DNA of 64,000 nucleotides, taken from NCBI GenBank assembly GCA_047284725.1, contig JBJBEO010000001.1, positions 2,232,203 to 2,296,202 on the forward strand, given 5' to 3'. The position numbers were made by a program, and so were the translations under genes. This document shows positions 29,480-39,744 of this stretch, one piece after another. How positions within the stretch are numbered: position 1 is the stretch's first letter; each line of letters starts with the position of its first letter. The DNA is from Synechococcus sp. Lineage in GTDB: Bacteria > Cyanobacteriota > Cyanobacteriia > PCC-6307 > Cyanobiaceae. The notes beneath the pieces were generated by a model. The model worked only from the letters and a program-made list of their open reading frames with translations. It did not search any database and was not told where the DNA came from.

Positions 29480-30207
29480 TTACAAATTCCAAAGAGAGAA
29501 GACTTGAGGCGCAATAACTTTAATAATAACGTTTGATATCTGTAACAAGTGAAGAGTGGGTTCCATCTGAAAAAGTATTTAAAAATAAGCGATAAAAGAA
29601 TAGCATCGCTTATATGAGAGGCAGTTAAAAAATCTTCAGAGTTAGGGTGGAGCTGAAAGTTTTCAGAAATACTTTTTCCAAGGTAAGGCCCTATATGAAC
29701 CTTATCATAGTTAGAAGGATTAGTAAACTCGAAACCTAAATATTTGATTGCAAGAGTACCATTGCAGTCAAACATAATGTCCCCCATAAATAAGGGTGAT
29801 ATGGAATGATATTGCAATAGGGACGTAAATCTAGGCAAGCAACTAACGACGAGACTGTTGATTGTAAAATCCGGAGAGTGAGGAAGCAAAAAATGGGTAG
29901 GCTTGCAATTTGCCATTTTAAGAATATTGAATAGCAAATGAAGTCGGTTAAAAAATAAAGATAGCCTGCGTTCGCGCTCGGAATTAGATACAGATTTAAG
30001 ATCGCGAAAAAAGGGCTCTGAAAAAGAGACAATCTTGCAATCATAAGAGCAAATAAATAAATTGAGAATAAAAATACGTAGAAATAAGTTGAATATAGCA
30101 AAAAAACTAAGTTGACGGAAGTCTCTACCTCGACCCAGATAAAAAGTAGAATCTTTAGATATATAGGAGAGTGAGCGGATGTGAGAATCGCCAAAAATAG
30201 CAATCAT
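29476..30207 (-). CDS. hypothetical protein with SGNH/GDSL-like motifs
   Basis: IFGDSH at the N-terminus and DKVH (DxxH) near the C-terminus. Confidence 0.6.
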   Translation of the reverse strand: MIAIFGDSHIRSLSYISKDSTFYLGRGRDFRQLSFFAIFNLFLRIFILNLFICSYDCKIVSFSEPFFRDLKSVSNSERERRLSLFFNRLHLLFNILKMANCKPTHFLLPHSPDFTINSLVVSCLPRFTSLLQYHSISPLFMGDIMFDCNGTLAIKYLGFEFTNPSNYDKVHIGPYLGKSISENFQLHPNSEDFLTASHISDAILLSLIFKYFFRWNPLFTCYRYQTLLLKLLRLKSSLFGICK

Positions 30208-31263
30208 TTAGTAAACCCAGGAGAAATAAAGGAAAGAAAACGCAGCTACAGCCAAGATATACCTGCTGAAATTATTCGCCAATAGACTCATATAGTGAGA
30301 AAGAGAAAGTGTGAGTAAAATAAACTCAAAAGGCCGGGAAAAGCGGGTGGCAAAGTGAAGATTGGATGAAAAAATAATATTAATAATAAGAGAACAAATA
30401 AAGGTAGCGACAAGAATTGTATCAAAACGAGCAGGCCTTAGGTTATTTAAAAAATTAGATCTAGATCGTATTAGCGAACGTAGCAAAGGCACGAGGCATA
30501 ATGCCAATGTAATGAACCCAGTGAAACGTAATCCTTGATACTTTGCAAGTCCCATATAACGAGTTCCCTGTGTCAAAGCAAAGACCTTAAAGAACGAAAT
30601 AGATATACCCAGAATAGGAATAAGGATAAAGATTAATACAATTAAAACTGACACCTGACGGTAACTAAGCTTTCGTGGGATGCGTAATTTGAAAAATAGA
30701 AGATGCTTCAGATTGAGAGCAATTGGGTAAAACAAAATTGCTGACAAAGATTGTATGTGAATGGAAACAGAAAAGAATAGCAATGAAAGTGTTAGGATGA
30801 TATTATCATAGAATGCGAATGCAAGCAAAACAATGCCAAGAGCAGTCCCGCTTCTCTGTTGGAAAACAAAAAGAATTGGAAAGTAAGAGGCAATAATTGT
30901 AGCAAGAGGGACGTAAGATACTGGTCGAAAATAAGACGCAGAAATCACTCTATAGGCGTATGCTATTATCCAAATAACAATTGCATCAAGACAGACATAA
31001 ATAAAGTGGATGTTATCCACAAGAGACTTTAAAAAAAAGACAATGAAAGTGTAACCAGGCTCAACGGATCCAGCACCGGCAAAAAATCCTATTGCACTCT
31101 TAATAATATACTCATAACCTTTAATATTGGTGTTTAGCGGGTGATATATGTAAGTAGCAACACCGGCATAGCAGAAAAATGGAATCGTTATAAGGAATAG
31201 ACGAGAACCTAGGAAGGAGGCAGTTATGAAAAGAAGTGAGCTAAGTAAATATAAACTAGACAT
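30208..31263 (-). CDS. multi-TM EpsG/Wzy-like polysaccharide polymerase
   Basis: About 10 hydrophobic segments, EPGY, QQRSGTA, SIH. Confidence 0.7.
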   Translation of the reverse strand: MSSLYLLSSLLFITASFLGSRLFLITIPFFCYAGVATYIYHPLNTNIKGYEYIIKSAIGFFAGAGSVEPGYTFIVFFLKSLVDNIHFIYVCLDAIVIWIIAYAYRVISASYFRPVSYVPLATIIASYFPILFVFQQRSGTALGIVLLAFAFYDNIILTLSLLFFSVSIHIQSLSAILFYPIALNLKHLLFFKLRIPRKLSYRQVSVLIVLIFILIPILGISISFFKVFALTQGTRYMGLAKYQGLRFTGFITLALCLVPLLRSLIRSRSNFLNNLRPARFDTILVATFICSLIINIIFSSNLHFATRFSRPFEFILLTLSLSHYMSLLANNFSRYILAVAAFSFLYFSWVY

Positions 31264-31267
31264 TTAA

Positions 31268-32317
31268 TCAAGAGAGGCAATCCCATGAAACTCGTTCACC
31301 ACGTTGGATATCCCTGGAGACCTTTTTACCTAGTAACTCCTGATAAAATCTAGGATGGAGACCGAAGCCTGGCCTGATTGCTCTCATATTGGATGATGAG
31401 ATAACCCCACCTTGTTTGATATCTTCAGTGAAGTACAAAGATCTTTTAAAAATAGAGTTACTTTTTTCAGCTTTAGAAGTGCCGTATGAAACATTTCCCA
31501 AGGATGACATAGCATTGATAGTAGAGGCCTTCAAGGCTCTAAGTTGCTGAGGCTCGATGCTGAAATCAGAATCAACACCGCCTAGGTCACGAGAATCAGT
31601 AAAATGTTTTTCAATAAAACACGCGCCTAAAGCCACACTGACAATCGCTGAGGTATTGTCAATTGTGTGGTCGCTTAAACCTACAAGAGTTTGAAATGTT
31701 TGTTGTAAGTTAGGTAATGACATAAGATTCATATCAGAAGGGGAAGCCGGATAAGCACTAGTACATTTCAACAAGATAATTTTAGTGGCTCCTGAGCTGT
31801 GGAGAACCGATAAAGCATCGCTTATCTCACCAATAGAGGCCATACCAGTAGAAACAATGATAGGTTTGTTAGTTCTAGCAACCCTTTTTAAGAGTTCATA
31901 ATCAACAATCTCAAAAGAAGCTATTTTATATGCAGGGCAATTAAAGGATTCTAATAAGTCGACAGACTCAAGATCAAATGGCGAAGAGAAAAGAGTTATG
32001 TTGTTTGCTTTGGCAAACTCAAAAATCTGCTTATGCCAAGAAAATGGAGTACACGCTTTTTTATACAATGAATAAAGTGTTTCTCCACTCCATAGACCTG
32101 ATTTAATACAGAAATCCGACTGGGAGGAATCCAAGGTTAGAGACTGTGGCTCATAAGATTGGATTTTTATTGCATCAGCCCCATTATCGTGAGCAAGCTT
32201 GATTAGATACAGCATCCGGTCCAATGATCCATTGTGATTGCCGGATATTTCAGCTACAACGTAAGGAGGATCTGCAGGGCCACCGATCGAAGTTTCAAGG
32301 ATATTAATTGGTTTCAT
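31268..32317 (-). CDS. pseI: pseudaminic acid synthase
   Basis: AEISGNHNG, YKIASFE, KCTSAYP, GLSDHT, IEKHFT, C-terminal SAF/AFP domain; ATG 32317. Confidence 0.93.
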   Translation of the reverse strand: MKPINILETSIGGPADPPYVVAEISGNHNGSLDRMLYLIKLAHDNGADAIKIQSYEPQSLTLDSSQSDFCIKSGLWSGETLYSLYKKACTPFSWHKQIFEFAKANNITLFSSPFDLESVDLLESFNCPAYKIASFEIVDYELLKRVARTNKPIIVSTGMASIGEISDALSVLHSSGATKIILLKCTSAYPASPSDMNLMSLPNLQQTFQTLVGLSDHTIDNTSAIVSVALGACFIEKHFTDSRDLGGVDSDFSIEPQQLRALKASTINAMSSLGNVSYGTSKAEKSNSIFKRSLYFTEDIKQGGVISSSNMRAIRPGFGLHPRFYQELLGKKVSRDIQRGERVSWDCLS

Positions 32318-32963
32318 ATTTTGAGATTTGAAGTTTGAAGGTTTGGTTTCTGTGTCTAAAGTGTACAGGGTAATGGTGCGGATCTGAGACTCGAAGCAAG
32401 TCAAATATGTCATTTATGGTAGATTCTATATCAACATATGAATCCTCCGGCCTCCTTCTTTTATAAAAACTAGAAGGTCTATCATCCTGAGGCAATGGGA
32501 TTATATTATTGTTTATCTTATTGGAGACAATCTCAAACAGCTTAAGATGGTTATCAAACATAATCTGGGAGATTTCATTATGAAGTGCATTATCAGGAAT
32601 ATGCATTAAAACCTTGGCCCAGATCGGGCCACAATCTAGTTCAACATCAGCAGAAATAGCTGACATCACTATTGATGTCTTACCTTCTAAAATTTGCCAA
32701 ACATGGGGAGACCATCCTTTACCATCGGGCAAATCACTCGCATGAATTACAATGCAATGTTTAAACCTTGAGAGGACGGATAATGATATGATATGTGGAT
32801 ATGAAACACAGAAAACAGTGGCACCTTCAGGGACGTCATCGATGTCAAAGACAAGTTCGTAGTTGTCAAAGGGAAAATGAAGTGAAGGCGACTTAAGTTC
32901 TTTATAAGAAGAATAGAAAGTTAAGAAAGAATGGTTTTTGTTGCCAAGAAGAATGTAATTCAT
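32304..32963 (-). CDS. short formyltransferase-family protein between pseG and pseI
   Basis: IHASDLPDGKGWSP, LDCGPI, YKRRRPEDS, LLRVSDP..YP. Confidence 0.8.
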   Translation of the reverse strand: MNYILLGNKNHSFLTFYSSYKELKSPSLHFPFDNYELVFDIDDVPEGATVFCVSYPHIISLSVLSRFKHCIVIHASDLPDGKGWSPHVWQILEGKTSIVMSAISADVELDCGPIWAKVLMHIPDNALHNEISQIMFDNHLKLFEIVSNKINNNIIPLPQDDRPSSFYKRRRPEDSYVDIESTINDIFDLLRVSDPHHYPVHFRHRNQTFKLQISKYETN

Positions 32964-33976
32964 TTTTGAGATAGGAAGTTGGAAGCTATAGAAGCGATTC
33001 GTTTGCAGCCCAAACCATCAACCATAGAAGAGGCTCTTTGAGAAAGCAGATTTACCCAGTTGACATCTTCCAGTCTTTGAAAAAGCTCAATAAGCTTAAC
33101 TCTGTCGAATGAACGACCAATTGATAGTGAGTCTTGTAATGAATATATCATTCCTAGTCTATTGAGGGTGGTATGGACCTGAAGTTGATTGTCAATGATA
33201 GGTAATTGTGCACTAGGTAACCCAATACAGGCGCGCTCCCACGAGGAGCTTCCTGAAGCACCTATACACGCATAGGAGGTTAGATACATAGGAGATAGAT
33301 CGGACTGATCGACAAAAAGTTGAATATTAAGATCTTGCTCATAAATCTGGGATTGCAGAGAGGATAGATGAGGGGCTGAAGAGAGAAGAGGTACTATGTA
33401 AGTATATTTATTTGAACAGGGAATGTCATTAAGAGCTGCTAACAATAAATTAGTCAGGCCAAAGGGGTCAGTAGATCCAAAGGATATAAGGATTTTTGAG
33501 TCTGAAAGGGAGCGAGTCCACTTGGCACGATGTTGAGAATATGACCCTGACAACTGTGTAAAAGAAGGGCCAAAATAGCAACTTTTAGGCGGTGACTTAG
33601 GGGCCAATGCGCTAGGATTTATTAAAATATCATAACCTGGTGGCAGTGATGTCAAGAGATCATGAATAATAACATTTACAGAGGATCTGAAGAGTGCATA
33701 ATCTAAGATATTACCAGGAGAATAGTGGTCAACGAAAAGAACATCACATGCAAAAAGAGAGTCACATGTCGAGACAAAGTCGATACGTATATTCTTAATA
33801 TATGGAGCAAGATAAGGGATAGATTCTGGAGAAATCAAAAAAGTAACATTTGCCTTGCAATCAAGCATAGTGATTGCCAAAGGCAAAGACCTAAATAAAT
33901 GGCCCATCCCTAAAGAGGGACTGCAATCCAAGCGAAAAACTATATTCTTACCAGATAGAAAATCAACATTCATCAA
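32960..33976 (-). CDS. pseG: UDP-2,4-diacetamido-2,4,6-trideoxy-altropyranose hydrolase
   Basis: FRLD..GMGHLFR, VDHY, FGSTD, GSSSWERACIGLP, DNQ, DGLG. Confidence 0.85.
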   Translation of the reverse strand: MMNVDFLSGKNIVFRLDCSPSLGMGHLFRSLPLAITMLDCKANVTFLISPESIPYLAPYIKNIRIDFVSTCDSLFACDVLFVDHYSPGNILDYALFRSSVNVIIHDLLTSLPPGYDILINPSALAPKSPPKSCYFGPSFTQLSGSYSQHRAKWTRSLSDSKILISFGSTDPFGLTNLLLAALNDIPCSNKYTYIVPLLSSAPHLSSLQSQIYEQDLNIQLFVDQSDLSPMYLTSYACIGASGSSSWERACIGLPSAQLPIIDNQLQVHTTLNRLGMIYSLQDSLSIGRSFDRVKLIELFQRLEDVNWVNLLSQRASSMVDGLGCKRIASIASNFLSQK

Positions 33977-34994
33977 CGAACATTTCGCCTTTAATATAAT
34001 CCCTAGAATAGGGCTTGCCTAAATAATTGAATATGATGTCTTTTGAGGAAATCCCAGTACCAGGCCTAAGGAATTGAAAGTGACTTGAATCGATTATTTG
34101 CCCACATTGAACAGGCTGTGCAAGGTATGCTGACTTATAATATTTGAGTGAATCAGAAAGATCTGAATCAGATGCAGTGAGCACAGGTTGGCCAAGCGCC
34201 CTATGACACTTTTTCACTTCTTGCATCCAATCATAAAATTCACTAGGTTCTAGAGATTTCCAATGACCATTCTGGTGTGTAGTTCGAGAAAGCGTGAGGC
34301 GCTTTTCTAACATAGACGCTCCAAGCCCAATCGACATGAAGTCATAGGAATTATCTCTTCCTTGCGGAGTATATCCAAATTGGTAGCCATTAAGATGTAA
34401 TTCTTTCATTGCACTCATATTCATCTGATCTACTTGATTAGTGTGTAAATCGAAAAGAACAAAAACGTCTGAGCCACCTGAATTAATATAAAAATCTCTT
34501 AAAGTATTTAGCTCATTAATATCAATAGTGCCGCTATCAAGGATCAACGGCTTTTTATTTTTTGCAAGCCCCTGAATCATACGAAAATGATTCAAACTCC
34601 AAGTGCAAATTTTGTTGCAACTAAGATCCAATGAATTAATTAGCGGAATTAAAGATTCAACATGGCATGTAACAACCAAATCAACACTATGATGATCACA
34701 ATGGCGCTTAATTTTATGCCACTCTTCGCATGAAAAGGTTAAGCGGGAGAACATTTTGCACATATTCTCGGTAACTTTGGAACCAGAATATGTTGGATAG
34801 GTATACTCGACTGATCTGTCACCTAAAAGTTCTAATGGATCTAAAGCCTGGAATTTAACGGCATTGACACCAATTTCGGATGCAACTTCGATAAGCAACA
34901 ATGCACGCTTAATATCACCGGAGCATGTCAAGCCAAAGTCAGCCATGATAGCAAGATCTGACTTTGTTACTTCTAAGACAGGCAGGACGGACAT
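33963..34994 (-). CDS. divergent NeuB/PseI-family protein lacking the canonical metal ligands
   Basis: AVKFQ, KPLILDSG, LGASMLEKRLTL, RPGTGI SAF domain; NH, SDH and EKH motifs altered. Confidence 0.8.
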   Translation of the reverse strand: MSVLPVLEVTKSDLAIMADFGLTCSGDIKRALLLIEVASEIGVNAVKFQALDPLELLGDRSVEYTYPTYSGSKVTENMCKMFSRLTFSCEEWHKIKRHCDHHSVDLVVTCHVESLIPLINSLDLSCNKICTWSLNHFRMIQGLAKNKKPLILDSGTIDINELNTLRDFYINSGGSDVFVLFDLHTNQVDQMNMSAMKELHLNGYQFGYTPQGRDNSYDFMSIGLGASMLEKRLTLSRTTHQNGHWKSLEPSEFYDWMQEVKKCHRALGQPVLTASDSDLSDSLKYYKSAYLAQPVQCGQIIDSSHFQFLRPGTGISSKDIIFNYLGKPYSRDYIKGEMFVDEC

Positions 34995-34996
34995 AG

Positions 34997-35602
34997 TTAG
35001 TTGATTTTTTCGAATAAGAACCAGTTTAAATCATCTTGGGGAGATACAGGATCAAATCTCCAACAGAAGCCATAATCAACCAACCTTATGGGTCGATCTT
35101 GCATAAACTCAGCAGCAAAGTCTCTTTTCCATAAGCGAGACTCGTGACCACGATAATTAATTTCTTGGGGTTGGGTAGAAAAATACTCTTTGATAAGTAT
35201 ATATTTTGAAGAGCAACAATACAACTTATCATATACAACGGGAAGCATTTCTGGATTAATATGAATAAGTACGCCGCATGTAAATGTGAGTTCCGCTGAT
35301 GTTGAAAGAGGGAAAGAATCAGAAAGAGATTGATTCAATACATTATGATTAGAAGAAGCAATTTGTGCTGCTTTAGTATTAATTTCAATACCGGTGGTAA
35401 CGGTGCTTGGCGTCAGAGTTTTAATAGCATCAAGGTTTAAACCTCTGTTGCATCCAAACTCGAGTACGCTATCTAGATTACCAGTCCTAGATATTAATCT
35501 AGACCAAAAGAACAAGTTTGCTTGGGCTTGGTCATTTCGAGAATTGCGTACCGTATATTCATCACCAAAATCGCCGCTCCAAAAATTTTCTTGATCGTTC
35601 AC
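34997..35602 (-). CDS. pseudaminic acid biosynthesis-associated methylase
   Basis: QENFWSGDFGDEYT.RN, LEFGCNRG, GVLIHINP, YRGH..LWKRDFA; GTG 35602 likely start. Confidence 0.9.
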   Translation of the reverse strand: MNDQENFWSGDFGDEYTVRNSRNDQAQANLFFWSRLISRTGNLDSVLEFGCNRGLNLDAIKTLTPSTVTTGIEINTKAAQIASSNHNVLNQSLSDSFPLSTSAELTFTCGVLIHINPEMLPVVYDKLYCCSSKYILIKEYFSTQPQEINYRGHESRLWKRDFAAEFMQDRPIRLVDYGFCWRFDPVSPQDDLNWFLFEKIN

Positions 35603-35675
35603 AGAATTGAATAAATAATAAAAAAAATCTAAACTAGATATCGATGTGCATTGCCTGAAAAGTGGCAATTGTAAT

Positions 35676-36737
35676 CTAACTTAAGAATCGAGCAATCGAA
35701 TCGTAGGCAGTTTGCGGCAGCTCAATAGTGCAACCAAAGCGGCTAGCTTCTTGAACGCTTTCAAAGTAATTGACAGATACAGATCGCTGCTCATCCACAT
35801 CTCTAAAAACCACAATGTCTTGAGGTGGGGCGGGAATAGAAAAAATAATAGATGACTGAAAAGTAAAATACTTGCGATAACAAACTCGACTAAAATCAAT
35901 CATGCTTGAGGTGTCAATAGACAAGCCATATTTAGTTAGCAAATGAAGTGTATTTTTGTCATCTAAAACACGGGGATGTGGCCTAATAACTAATTTGCTT
36001 GAATTATTTTTTAGGCTTAATTCTGCTAAGACTTTGAGAAGATATTTTTGCTCATTGGGAGTGTACGGCAAGCAGACTAATAAAGAATCTTGCTTGCTGA
36101 TAAGCTGCTTAAGCCTAGGCAAAGGTTCATAGATAACTTCTACATCACAATAATAAACGAGGTCTAAGAAATGGGAAAATCTATTTTTAGTCCTAACATA
36201 AAATTTAGTCGGAGAATTAAAAAACGAATTGAGCTTTTGAATAAACTGCTTTGAATAAAAGATATTTGAATTACAGTCGCCATGCTGCATATCCGCGAAA
36301 GCTAAATCATATTTCCTGCAAAAATCGGCTATGATTAATCCATAAGGCGTATACAGAGCGGGTATTAATACTACTTTTGATTCAAGGCAAGAATTTGCAT
36401 TAAATTTGAGGGAGAAGAGATAGCCCACATAAAGATAAGCAAGCAGCATACTAAAATACTGAGTAATACTGCCTTTCAAAAAAGCATGCTTTCTGCATCT
36501 ATATTCGAATTGTATAAAAGCAGTGAATAAACTAAATAGGGAGCTTGCAAATTTTTTTTTGCTAAAAATATAACCTACTACCTTAATGAACAGAGATCTG
36601 GGATTAGAGATATAATATGTAGAGCAATTCTGTGGCAAGAAGGGTGACTTGTAGAAGTTATTTGAAAAGTATTTTTCAAGGCCGATTGCCAAATAAGTCA
36701 TTTGATCAAAGTAAGTTAATTGAAAGCTTGAGGGCAA
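35676..36737 (-). CDS. hypothetical protein, candidate nonulosonic-acid transferase; start uncertain (frame open to 36851 without an upstream ATG)
   Basis: DMQHG, IRPHPR, FQSSII motifs; located in the pse cluster. Confidence 0.5.
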   Translation of the reverse strand: MPSSFQLTYFDQMTYLAIGLEKYFSNNFYKSPFLPQNCSTYYISNPRSLFIKVVGYIFSKKKFASSLFSLFTAFIQFEYRCRKHAFLKGSITQYFSMLLAYLYVGYLFSLKFNANSCLESKVVLIPALYTPYGLIIADFCRKYDLAFADMQHGDCNSNIFYSKQFIQKLNSFFNSPTKFYVRTKNRFSHFLDLVYYCDVEVIYEPLPRLKQLISKQDSLLVCLPYTPNEQKYLLKVLAELSLKNNSSKLVIRPHPRVLDDKNTLHLLTKYGLSIDTSSMIDFSRVCYRKYFTFQSSIIFSIPAPPQDIVVFRDVDEQRSVSVNYFESVQEASRFGCTIELPQTAYDSIARFLS

Positions 36738-37401
36738 TTTTTTAAACGGGAGCCATTGGAGAAACTTGGAAAGATCACTGGTTGTAGGTAAGAAATTTGC
36801 CGCTACGGCATTAAATTTAATAATAATCTCACTAGTGAGTATATCAGCAGCTTAGGGAATTTAGCGATGCCAACACGGAAGATCCAGAAGAAACAAAAAA
36901 TTAACAGCGTGGTAAGAGTAATGAATCTTTGCACATGTGAATCTATCAATGGATATACCTAAGAAAAAAGTGTTATCTCAGTGAGAGAGACTTTCACGGA
37001 TTCGAGTAATGCGCTTAGATCAATGTCATAGGAATTTAATCGCAGAAATCCCAGGCAGAGGATTGCTATTCAACTAATCGACTATCCATGCCATATAGAA
37101 GTCAGTGTCATAAAAGTAATTGCCTAACTCTAGGATCAAATCAGAATTTTTAGAGTGGGAAGAAGTTACAGGAACTAGTTTTTAATTCACAATATATGAT
37201 TGAGAAGTAATCTTCAGTTTGAGAACATGAGTATGGATTAAAATCTAAGAGTGAGTAATGCGTGAATAATGGTGAAAATATGTTTTTCTTAACATTGCAT
37301 CTGTTATTAATGCGGATAAAGGCTTTATTTCTCCAGCCGAGGATTCAAGAAGAAAAATCTAATTTTCAAAAACTATACCCTAAAGTGACCATCTGCATTA
37401 T

Positions 37402-38994
37402 TTATTTGGTCAAAGTAATTACATTACTAGAATATGCTGCAAAAAGCTGTTCATGAGTTACAACAATAATCAACTTATTGCTTGATTTCTCTACAATTGT
37501 CCGGATAACTTTAGTGGCTGCTGTAATGTCTAATCCAGAAGTTGGCTCATCAAGTAAAACTACTTCTTGAATGCCAACAAGTGATCGTACTACAGAAATA
37601 CGTTTTTTTTCACCACCTGAGAAATTTGAAGCATTCAGGTTTCTATTGAACAAATCATCGGGAAAACCCCAACTTTTTAGTATAGATAAACCTTCCTCTA
37701 TGTAATCGGAATCAAGGCCCCTGAAAAACTTTATGTTATCTTCAACATTGGAATCAAGGATGAAGCTGTCCTGCATAGAGTAACTGATACTATTTGGCTT
37801 GGTTTCTATATTGTTATAGAAAAGCTCAGACATAGAGGAGGACAAATTATCTAAGAAAGTAGATTTCCCAAGACCAGAAGCGCCCATTATTACGTATAGT
37901 CCTGGATTAGTCAGATCAAATTCTATTCGGCTGGGTTTAGTATTTTCTGTTGCATAACATTGAAGTGTTTCTGAACATATGATGTCGTATGGTCTATAAG
38001 AGCCTCGCAACTGGTCTGCTGATGAACAGATTGACTCAATTTGTTTAAGAGCTACTGGCTCAGCAAATTTAAAAGACTGGTTAGCTATGGACAATTTGTT
38101 TAAAGATGGGAGAAGTCGCAGCAAGCTCAATGTTATAAACGCTACGTTTTCAGAATTCGAGGTAGTCGACAATAAAATAGCAATTGCTAAAAGTGAAAAA
38201 GCACCGAACGCCTCTAAGAAAGATCTAGAAATTGGCTTTAGTGATAGAAATTTTCCGTCAGCCTTATTAGAAGCTGTAAGTTTGTCAATCAAGAAATATT
38301 TTGCGATATCTATAACATTAAAAGCAGAAGCTTCTTTTCTGAGTGAAAACAAGTTATTTATAGATTCTGTCCACTCTTTTTCATAAGCAAGTCTTTTTCT
38401 GCCAAAAGATTTACTAAAAGGTGTAAACACAAACTGAATAATGGTATATCCAGCCAACAATATTAATAGTGAAACTAAAATAGAAAGTGGCTCGATGAAT
38501 ACAAAAATCAGGATAAATAGTAGTAAGAGCAGGAATTCCGACAGAATATTGGCAAATGGCATGAATATTTGACCAGTAATCATTTGCACTTCGTTTGTAA
38601 GAGCTGAAAACAAGCGACCAGACTCTTTGGAACTGCTGCGAGAAGTGGACTGAAAAGATTTAGTGAGCAGTGCTTTTTGAAGGCCAGATTTTAGACACTC
38701 TAAATAATGAAAATTAAATCGATAACTTACTGAAAGAATAGCTGCGCGCAAAACCCAAAATAAGATAATGAATATTGAGGCTTGGAACTTTGTCTCAAAG
38801 CTAAAAAAGTAAAAATTGACATTACTAGAATTGGCAGAGAATTGTGTTAAAATTGCTCCAATTGAGGCTATACCAATAATTTCTAGTGAAGCAATTAAAA
38901 GATTGGATAATATGTAGAGTGGAAAATACTTATTCTTTCTGGGAAACTCTGCGATTTGGAAAAGTTTTGCAACCGTGCGAATGTTATACGACAT
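37402..38994 (-). CDS. ABC transporter permease/ATP-binding fusion (PglK/Wzk/MsbA-like flippase)
   Basis: N-terminal TMD, GASGLGKS, FSGGEKKR, VLLDEPTSGLD, VTH. Confidence 0.88.
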   Translation of the reverse strand: MSYNIRTVAKLFQIAEFPRKNKYFPLYILSNLLIASLEIIGIASIGAILTQFSANSSNVNFYFFSFETKFQASIFIILFWVLRAAILSVSYRFNFHYLECLKSGLQKALLTKSFQSTSRSSSKESGRLFSALTNEVQMITGQIFMPFANILSEFLLLLLFILIFVFIEPLSILVSLLILLAGYTIIQFVFTPFSKSFGRKRLAYEKEWTESINNLFSLRKEASAFNVIDIAKYFLIDKLTASNKADGKFLSLKPISRSFLEAFGAFSLLAIAILLSTTSNSENVAFITLSLLRLLPSLNKLSIANQSFKFAEPVALKQIESICSSADQLRGSYRPYDIICSETLQCYATENTKPSRIEFDLTNPGLYVIMGASGLGKSTFLDNLSSSMSELFYNNIETKPNSISYSMQDSFILDSNVEDNIKFFRGLDSDYIEEGLSILKSWGFPDDLFNRNLNASNFSGGEKKRISVVRSLVGIQEVVLLDEPTSGLDITAATKVIRTIVEKSSNKLIIVVTHEQLFAAYSSNVITLTK

Positions 38995-38997
38995 GTG

Positions 38998-39744
38998 CTA
39001 ATCCAAAAATTTATCGATGATGTAAAGATCGTCTGAGAGAGTTTGGAATCCAGATTGAGCAAGTTTAAACTCATATTCATGATCAATATCAATAGACGCA
39101 ATATTATTCATCAAGAAGCCACCAATTGAAAAATCTGCTGGTGATTTATTTAATAAGGAATGAATCAAGAAAGTAGAAACACAACCATTTGAGAAATAAG
39201 TTTGAGGGCATTCAGTCGATTTAATGTTTTTGTAGGGACTATCCGCAAAGGTATGCGAAAGTCTAATAATGCAATTAGCATCAATATTTTCTGCAGATGA
39301 CCAAGCATTAAAAGGAGGCTTGGAGGATGGAGAAACGCTTATTATGCGGTCTAGATTACTATTAAAAGCCAGATTTTGTATATTTTGTATGGACTCAATA
39401 CTGCTAAATGGAGACGTAGGCAGAATGCATGTGACAACATCATCATTATATTTTATTGGCGAAATAAGTACATCAATAAGTACATCAATAATTGTTGATG
39501 GATCTTTTGCTAATAACGCAGGCCTTTCTCGAACATGAACTTTACCTAGATTTGTGTACCTACTCAAATAATCAAGCTGTCTATTTACCTCGGGTTTATT
39601 TTCCGAGGATATATGTATATCTTCGGTAGTTGCATGTAATGCACGAATGACAGCGATTTGAAATAATGACAGATGCTTATAGAAGGGAATAAAGTTTTTG
39701 GACTTTAATCTTGATGATGAGTGCTTTGCTGGAATAATAATCAT
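38998..39744 (-). CDS. pseF: CMP-nonulosonate synthetase (PseF/NeuA-like cytidylyltransferase)
   Basis: IIPAK..S.RL..KN, LPTSPF, SIDID. Confidence 0.8.
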   Translation of the reverse strand: MIIIPAKHSSSRLKSKNFIPFYKHLSLFQIAVIRALHATTEDIHISSENKPEVNRQLDYLSRYTNLGKVHVRERPALLAKDPSTIIDVLIDVLISPIKYNDDVVTCILPTSPFSSIESIQNIQNLAFNSNLDRIISVSPSSKPPFNAWSSAENIDANCIIRLSHTFADSPYKNIKSTECPQTYFSNGCVSTFLIHSLLNKSPADFSIGGFLMNNIASIDIDHEYEFKLAQSGFQTLSDDLYIIDKFLD

